Shown one piece after another: positions 58,310 through 64,000 of a stretch of 64,000 bases of DNA. This stretch comes from Escherichia coli (GTDB lineage Bacteria; Pseudomonadota; Gammaproteobacteria; Enterobacterales; Enterobacteriaceae), in the NCBI RefSeq assembly GCF_003019035.1, contig NZ_CP027447.1; one strand, given 5' to 3'. The number at the start of each line of letters is the position of its first letter. Positions within the stretch are counted from its first letter, which is position 1. A model generated the notes under the pieces. It saw only the letters and a program-made list of their open reading frames with translations. It was not told the DNA's origin and ran no database searches. A program made the translations under genes and the position numbers.

Positions 58310-58465
58310 ATGGATACTATCGATCTTGGCAACAACGAATCTCTGGTGTACGGCGTGTTTCCAAACCAGGACGGCACGTTCACCGCAATGACGTATACCA
58401 AAAGCAAAACGTTTAAAACCGAAAATGGTGCCCGTCGCTGGCTGGAAAGAAACTCAGGTGAGTGA
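58310..58465 (+). CDS. ydfA: Small protein YdfA
   Basis: ORF 58232..58465; from MDTIDLGNNESLVYGVFPNQDG the 51 aa protein matches recalled YdfA. Confidence 0.75.
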   Translation: MDTIDLGNNESLVYGVFPNQDGTFTAMTYTKSKTFKTENGARRWLERNSGE

Positions 58466-58466
58466 T

Positions 58467-58595
58467 ATGGATTTCGACACAATCATGGAAAAGGCTTACG
58501 AAGAATACTTCGAAGGCCTTGCCGAAGGCGAAGAAGCTCTCAGCTTCAGTGAGTTTAAACAGGCGCTTTCCAGTTCGGCAAAATCTAACGGCTGA
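58467..58595 (+). CDS. ydfB: Small protein YdfB
   Basis: Hand-translated 42 aa: MDFDTIMEKAYEEYFEGLAEGEEALSFSEFKQALSSSAKSNG. Confidence 0.7.
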   Translation: MDFDTIMEKAYEEYFEGLAEGEEALSFSEFKQALSSSAKSNG

Positions 58596-58624
58596 TAAGC
58601 GAAACAGCACCGCGAGGAATCAGT

Positions 58625-58843
58625 ATGCAGAAACGAGAACCCGTCATCATCGCGCCAGACTATACCGATGATGAACTTTATGAGTGGATGCGCCAGAAAA
58701 TTAATGCAGCGCAGGATCTGAAATGGGCTAATGAAGCCAGGGCTAAGCAGGCTGAAAATCTGTCCGCTCTGGAGCAGGATATCACCAATCTGGAAAAAGC
58801 AGCGGCATTAAGCATTGCCAGAATGATTACATACCCGCGTTAG
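58625..58843 (+). CDS. ydfC: Small protein YdfC
   Basis: 72 aa; matches recalled YdfC. Confidence 0.8.
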   Translation: MQKREPVIIAPDYTDDELYEWMRQKINAAQDLKWANEARAKQAENLSALEQDITNLEKAAALSIARMITYPR

Positions 58844-59183
58844 TAGCTAATCAACAAAGCTAAGGTTAGTAATTAAGGAGTTCTCCACGGGTGAGGTGGA
58901 GTGCGTGCGCCGGACACGGGTGCGCATCCGGAACTGACAGTTTACTGAAAGGATATTTCCCTGAAAAGTCAGACCATAACGCGAAAGCGCACGGCGAGGT
59001 AGCTGGTTCATAGATAGCCTGTCGTTAAATTTTCGTCGACCGTGCGCTTCCGGTTGTGGCAACCCGCGAAATGGCGCGGCGGTAAGTATGGCGGGGTTAT
59101 TCCTTCCCCGTTGAGGACACCGGGTTGTCAGGTTGACCATACGCTTAAGTGACAACCCCGCTGCAACGCCCTCTGTTATCAAT

Positions 59184-59236
59184 TTTCTGGTGACGTTTGG
59201 CGGTATCAGTTTTACTCCGTGACTGCTCTGCCGCCC
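59184..59236 (+). ncRNA. dicF: DicF small RNA (ftsZ-targeting antisense sRNA)
   Basis: tttctggtgacgtttggcggtatcagttttactccgtgactgctctgccgccc followed by ttttt matches the 53-nt DicF sequence I recall. Confidence 0.85.
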
Positions 59237-59410
59237 TTTTTAAAGTGAATTTTGTGATGTGGTGAATGCGGCTGAGCGCACGCGGAACAGTTAAAACCAA
59301 AAACAGTGTTATGGGTGGATTCTCTGTATCCGGCGTTAATTGTTAACTGGTTAACGTCACCTGGAGGCACCAGGCACTGCATCACAAAATTCATTGTTGA
59401 GGACGCGATA

Positions 59411-59599
59411 ATGAAAACGTTATTACCAAACGTTAATACGTCTGAAGGTTGTTTTGAAATTGGTGTCACTATCAGTAACCCAGTATTTACTGAAGATGCC
59501 ATTAACAAGAGAAAACAAGAACGGGAGCTATTAAATAAAATATGCATTGTTTCAATGCTGGCTCGTTTACGTCTGATGCCAAAAGGATGTGCACAATGA
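59411..59599 (+). CDS. dicB: Cell division inhibitor DicB
   Basis: ORF 59306..59599; from MKTLLPNVNTSEGCFEIGVTISNP the 62 aa protein matches recalled DicB. Confidence 0.9.
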   Translation: MKTLLPNVNTSEGCFEIGVTISNPVFTEDAINKRKQERELLNKICIVSMLARLRLMPKGCAQ

Positions 59600-59787
59600 A
59601 TTCAGCATTTGTGCTTGTTCTGACAGTTTTTCTTGTTTCCGGAGAGCCAGTTGATATTGCAGTCAGTGTTCACAGGACAATGCAGGAGTGTATGACTGCA
59701 GCAACCGAACAGAAAATTCCCGGTAACTGTTACCCGGTCGATAAAGTTATTCACCAGGATAATATCGAAATCCCGGCAGGTCTTTAA
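59596..59787 (+). CDS. ydfD: YdfD (small membrane protein of the dicB operon)
   Basis: ORF 59542..59787; start MNSAFVLVLTVFLVSGEP overlaps the dicB stop (ATGA); 63 aa. Confidence 0.8.
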   Translation: MNSAFVLVLTVFLVSGEPVDIAVSVHRTMQECMTAATEQKIPGNCYPVDKVIHQDNIEIPAGL

Positions 59788-59879
59788 AACAGTTCCGTAA
59801 TAAATATCCGGTTTCATTCTTATATGCCAGCAATGGCAGGGATTTGTTCATCCTTAAATCTGTCATGAGGTTAAAACAA

Positions 59880-62351
59880 ATGAGTAAAGTCTTTATTTGC
59901 GCCGCTATTCCTGACGAACTGGCAACAAGGGAAGAAGGCGCTGTGGCTGTAGCCACAGCCATTGAAGCTGGCGACGAACGCCGTGCTCGAGCAAAATTTC
60001 ACTGGCAATTCCTGGAACATTATCCGGCTGCTCAGGACTGCGCTTATAAATTTATTGTCTGCGAGGATAAACCTGGCATACCCCGCCCTGCCCTCGATTC
60101 ATGGGATGCTGAATATATGCAGGAAAACCGCTGGGATGAGGAGTCTGCTTCTTTTGTCCCGGTTGAGACTGAATCCGATCCGATGAACGTCACTTTTGAC
60201 AAGCTGGCCCCTGAAGTACAGAACGCTGTCATGGTTAAGTTCGACACATGTGAAAACATCACCGTTGATATGGTTATTAGCGCACAGGAATTGTTGCAGG
60301 AAGACATGGCAACATTCGACGGACATATCGTTGAAGCGTTGATGAAAATGCCAGAAGTTAACGCCATGTATCCGGAGCTTAAGTTGCACGCCATTGGGTG
60401 GGTTAAGCATAAATGTATTCCTGGTGCTAAATGGCCCGAAATTCAGGCAGAGATGCGCATCTGGAAAAAACGTCGCGAAGGTGAACGCAAGGAAACCGGA
60501 AAATACACGTCTGTTGTTGATCTCGCCCGCGCCAGAGCCAATCAACAGTACACTGAAAATTCAACAGGAAAAATCAGCCCGGTCATTGCTGCCATTCATC
60601 GCGAATACAAGCAGACATGGAAAACACTGGATGACGAACTGGCCTACGCTCTCTGGCCTAGTGATGTGGATGCCGGAAACATTGACGGCAGCATCCATCG
60701 CTGGGCAAAAAAAGAAGTTATCGACAACGACCGCGAAGACTGGAAGCGTATCTCGGCATCAATGCGCAAACAGCCTGATGCCCTTCGCTACGACCGCCAA
60801 ACTATTTTTGGCCTTGTCCGTGAGCGTCCGATCGACATTCACAAAGATCCCGTAGCACTGAACAAATATATCTGCGAATACCTGACGACAAAGGGCGTGT
60901 TTGAGAATGAAGAAACAGACCTGGGCACTGTTGATGTTCTCCAGTCATCAGAAACACAAACTGATGCAGTGGAAACTGAGGTATCTGATATCCCAAAAAA
61001 TGAAACCGCGCCGGAAGCTGAACCATCTGTAGAGCGTGAGGGGCCGTTCTATTTCCTCTTCGCAGATAAGGACGGAGAAAAATACGGTCGCGCAAACAAA
61101 CTCTCTGGTCTGGATAAGGCACTGGCTGCTGGCGCCACTGAAATCACAAAAGAAGAATATTTTGCCCGAAAAAATGGCACATACACGGGCTTACCGCAAA
61201 ATGTAGATACCGCTGAAGATTCAGAACAACCAGAGCCGATAAAAGTTACCGCTGACGAAGTAAACAAAATTATGCAGGCAGCCAATATCAGCCAGCCTGA
61301 CGCCGATAAGTTGCTTGCTGCATCACGTGGTGAATTTGTTGAAGGGATTAGTGACCCGAATGATCCGAAATGGGTTAAGGGGCTCCAGACCCGCGATTCT
61401 GTGAACCAGAACCAGCATGAATCGGAACGGAACTACCAAAAAGCGGAACAAAACAGTCCAAATGCGTTACAAAACGAGCCAGAAACGAAACAGCCTGAAC
61501 CAGTAGCGCAACAGGAAGTGGAAAAAGTCTGCACCGCCTGCGGTCAGACCGGCGGCGGCAACTGCCCTGATTGTGGCGCGGTGATGGGCGACGCAACATA
61601 CCAAGAAACATTCGATGAAGAGTATCAGGTTGAAGTTCAGGAAGATGATCCGGAGGAAATGGAAGGCGCTGAACATCCACACAAGGAGAACACTGGCGGC
61701 AATCAGCATCACAATAGCGATAATGAAACTGGCGAGACGGCAGATCACCCAATTAAGGTGAACGGTCATCACGAAATCACATCCACCAGCAGGACGTGTG
61801 ACCATCTAATGATCGACCTTGAAACCATGGGAAAAAATCCTGATGCCCCGATCATCTCAATAGGTGCAATATTTTTCGATCCGCAAACCGGAGATATGGG
61901 ACCGGAATTTAGTAAGACTATCGATCTGGAAACTGCTGGCGGAGTCATTGATCGGGACACCATTAAATGGTGGCTTAAGCAATCACGCGAAGCGCAATCT
62001 GCCATTATGACCGATGAAATCCCGTTAGATGATGCACTGTTACAATTGCGAGAATTTATCGACGAAAACTCCGGTGAATTTTTTGTTCAGGTTTGGGGAA
62101 ATGGAGCCAACTTCGACAACACGATTTTGCGCCGTTCATACGAACGGCAGGGGATCCCCTGCCCGTGGCGTTACTACAACGATCGCGATGTACGCACAAT
62201 CGTTGAGCTGGGGAAAGCCATAGACTTCGATGCCAGAACGGCTATTCCATTCGAAGGTGAGCGCCATAATGCACTTGATGACGCCCGTTACCAGGCAAAA
62301 TACGTTTCAGTTATCTGGCAAAAACTGATCCCGAGTCAGGCTGATTCTTAA
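59880..62351 (+). CDS. ydfE: YdfE-like large early protein with central zinc ribbon and C-terminal DEDDh 3'-5' exonuclease domain
   Basis: ORF 59844..62351; N-terminus MSKVFICAAIPDELATREEG as recalled for K-12 YdfE; CTACGQTGGGNCPDCG zinc ribbon; C-terminal MIDLETMG / WGNGANFDNTIL / HNALDDARY fit DnaQ-like Exo I, II and III motifs. Confidence 0.7.
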   Translation: MSKVFICAAIPDELATREEGAVAVATAIEAGDERRARAKFHWQFLEHYPAAQDCAYKFIVCEDKPGIPRPALDSWDAEYMQENRWDEESASFVPVETESDPMNVTFDKLAPEVQNAVMVKFDTCENITVDMVISAQELLQEDMATFDGHIVEALMKMPEVNAMYPELKLHAIGWVKHKCIPGAKWPEIQAEMRIWKKRREGERKETGKYTSVVDLARARANQQYTENSTGKISPVIAAIHREYKQTWKTLDDELAYALWPSDVDAGNIDGSIHRWAKKEVIDNDREDWKRISASMRKQPDALRYDRQTIFGLVRERPIDIHKDPVALNKYICEYLTTKGVFENEETDLGTVDVLQSSETQTDAVETEVSDIPKNETAPEAEPSVEREGPFYFLFADKDGEKYGRANKLSGLDKALAAGATEITKEEYFARKNGTYTGLPQNVDTAEDSEQPEPIKVTADEVNKIMQAANISQPDADKLLAASRGEFVEGISDPNDPKWVKGLQTRDSVNQNQHESERNYQKAEQNSPNALQNEPETKQPEPVAQQEVEKVCTACGQTGGGNCPDCGAVMGDATYQETFDEEYQVEVQEDDPEEMEGAEHPHKENTGGNQHHNSDNETGETADHPIKVNGHHEITSTSRTCDHLMIDLETMGKNPDAPIISIGAIFFDPQTGDMGPEFSKTIDLETAGGVIDRDTIKWWLKQSREAQSAIMTDEIPLDDALLQLREFIDENSGEFFVQVWGNGANFDNTILRRSYERQGIPCPWRYYNDRDVRTIVELGKAIDFDARTAIPFEGERHNALDDARYQAKYVSVIWQKLIPSQADS

Positions 62352-62423
62352 TGTTCAACTGTCGCCGGTTGTGACTGGTATTCTGCAACCGGCGCTCGTC
62401 TGATGTAAGAGATAAAGAAATCG

Positions 62424-62675
62424 ATGAGCGAAGTAATCATGATTGTCTCTCCCGGCAAATGGGTATCCGAAGAGCAGTTAATTGCGCTGAAAGGAATAAA
62501 AAAAGGTACGTTAAAAAAGGCCCGGGAAAAATCGTTTATGGAAGGAAGGGAATATAAGCATGTCGCTCATGACGGTATGCCATGGGATAACAGTCCATGC
62601 TTTTACAACCTGGAAGAAATTGATCGCTGGATTGAGCGCCAGGCATCAGCGAGACCAAGACGTCATCTTACTTGA
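62424..62675 (+). CDS. Putative excisionase / small DNA-binding protein
   Basis: 83 aa basic protein immediately upstream of the integrase gene; no strong motif. Confidence 0.4.
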   Translation: MSEVIMIVSPGKWVSEEQLIALKGIKKGTLKKAREKSFMEGREYKHVAHDGMPWDNSPCFYNLEEIDRWIERQASARPRRHLT

Positions 62676-62694
62676 CTAAAAGCCACACTAACTA

Positions 62695-63990
62695 ATGAGA
62701 GAAGTTGAAATGAAATATCCGACAGGCGTGGAAAACCATGGAGGGAAATTACGTATCTGGTTTGTTTATAAAGACGTAAGAGTCAGGGAAAATCTGGGGG
62801 TTCCTGACACAGCAAAAAACAGGCGCGTTGCAGGTGAACTACGCTCCTCTGTTTGTTACGCAATAAAAACTGGTGTTTTCGACTATGCAAAACAGTTTCC
62901 CTCCTCACGCTATCTGGAAAAATTTGGTGAGGCCCGACAAGATTTAACCATAAAAGAACTGGCTGAAAAATTTCTGGCACTGAAAGAAACTGAAGTCGCC
63001 AAAACATCACTCAACACATACCGTGCCGTCATCAAAAATATCCTGAGCATAATCGGTGAAAAAAATCTTGCCTCATCGATTAATAAAGAAAAATTACTGG
63101 AGGTTCGTAAAGAGTTACTGACTGGATACCAGATCCCCAAAAGTAACTATATTGTTACACAACCAGGGAGATCGGCTGTAACTGTAAATAATTACATGAC
63201 AAATCTTAACGCCGTGTTCCAGTTTGGTGTTGATAACGGTTACCTGGCAGATAATCCGTTTAAGGGGATCTCGCCATTAAAGGAATCAAGAACCATTCCG
63301 GATCCTCTTTCGCGGGAAGAATTTATCCGTCTTATCGATGCGTGCAGAAATCAGCAAGCAAAAAATTTATGGTGTGTTTCTGTTTATACTGGAGTTCGCC
63401 CTGGTGAGCTGTGTGCACTTGGATGGGAGGACATAGATCTGAAAAATGGAACAATGATGATCAGGAGAAATTTAGCAAAAGACCGTTTCACGGTACCAAA
63501 AACACAGGCGGGAACCAATCGGGTCATTCATCTTATTAAGCCAGCAATCGACGCTCTCCGGAGTCAGATGACATTAACGAGACTGAGCAAAGAGCATATC
63601 ATTGATGTTCACCTCAGAGAGTATGGCAGAACAGAAAAACAAAAATGCACCTTTGTTTTTCAACCTGAAGTGTCAGCGAGAGTAAAAAATTATGGTGACC
63701 ATTTTACCGTTGACTCAATAAGGCAGATGTGGGACGCAGCGATAAAACGTGCCGGACTCCGCCATCGAAAATCATATCAGTCGAGACATACTTATGCCTG
63801 CTGGTCGCTGACAGCTGGTGCTAACCCGGCATTTATAGCAAACCAGATGGGCCATGCAGATGCGCAAATGGTATTTCAGGTATACGGAAAATGGATGTCT
63901 GAAAACAATAATGCACAGGTAGCTTTGTTAAATACACAGTTAAGCGAGTTTGCCCCAACCATGCCCCATAACGAAGCAATGAAAAATTAA
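62695..63990 (+). CDS. Tyrosine site-specific integrase (lambda Int family)
   Basis: 431 aa; C-terminal catalytic region with the conserved arginine, the HxxR box and the tyrosine nucleophile (RHTYACWSLTAGANPAFIANQMGHADAQMVFQVYGKWM); true start may be the internal MKYPTGVENHGG. Confidence 0.85.
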   Translation: MREVEMKYPTGVENHGGKLRIWFVYKDVRVRENLGVPDTAKNRRVAGELRSSVCYAIKTGVFDYAKQFPSSRYLEKFGEARQDLTIKELAEKFLALKETEVAKTSLNTYRAVIKNILSIIGEKNLASSINKEKLLEVRKELLTGYQIPKSNYIVTQPGRSAVTVNNYMTNLNAVFQFGVDNGYLADNPFKGISPLKESRTIPDPLSREEFIRLIDACRNQQAKNLWCVSVYTGVRPGELCALGWEDIDLKNGTMMIRRNLAKDRFTVPKTQAGTNRVIHLIKPAIDALRSQMTLTRLSKEHIIDVHLREYGRTEKQKCTFVFQPEVSARVKNYGDHFTVDSIRQMWDAAIKRAGLRHRKSYQSRHTYACWSLTAGANPAFIANQMGHADAQMVFQVYGKWMSENNNAQVALLNTQLSEFAPTMPHNEAMKN

Positions 63991-64000
63991 TTTAATATTT

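Overview
Enterobacterial (E. coli-like) chromosome in which the first ~17 kb is core/accessory genome and the remaining ~47 kb is a near-complete lambdoid prophage that runs off the right edge of the window. All identifications are by eye from the translated ORFs and my recollection of E. coli K-12 and phage lambda proteins; no database search was run. Left part: a beta-glucoside-type PTS island (partial GH1 6-phospho-beta-glucosidase, LamB/ScrY-family porin, PTS IIA/IIC/IIB, divergent GntR regulator), then eamA, ydeE, mgtS, a candidate MgrR sRNA with PhoP box, dgcZ, ydeI, a short ydeJ 3' remnant, dcp, ydfG, rspR, ydfZ, ydfI and a 5'-truncated ydfJ. The prophage starts directly upstream of the truncated ydfJ (about 17069). 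From left to right it carries ydfK, pinQ, a mosaic tail-fibre module, lom, the lambda tail genes J-I-K-L-M-H-T/G-V-U-Z, head genes FII-FI-E-D-C(Nu3)-B-W-A-Nu1, a lambda-type cos site, then Qin-type late/lysis and moron genes (ydfO, gnsB, cspI, Rz/Rz1, rrrQ, ydfR, essQ, cspB, cspF, quuQ, ydfU, rem, hokD-relE-relB, ydfV, flxA), an IS insertion, a replication/early module, dicC/dicA immunity, ydfA/B/C, dicF sRNA, dicB, ydfD, a full-length ydfE-like exonuclease protein, a putative excisionase and a tyrosine integrase at the window edge. No CRISPR array, rRNA or tRNA was seen. The most interesting unexplained items are the non-lambda tail-fibre tip with two small accessory ORFs and a tfa remnant next to pinQ, gix-like inverted repeats flanking pinQ, an orphan methyltransferase-like ORF, a decayed small-ORF cluster with a small membrane protein, and the full-length ydfE.
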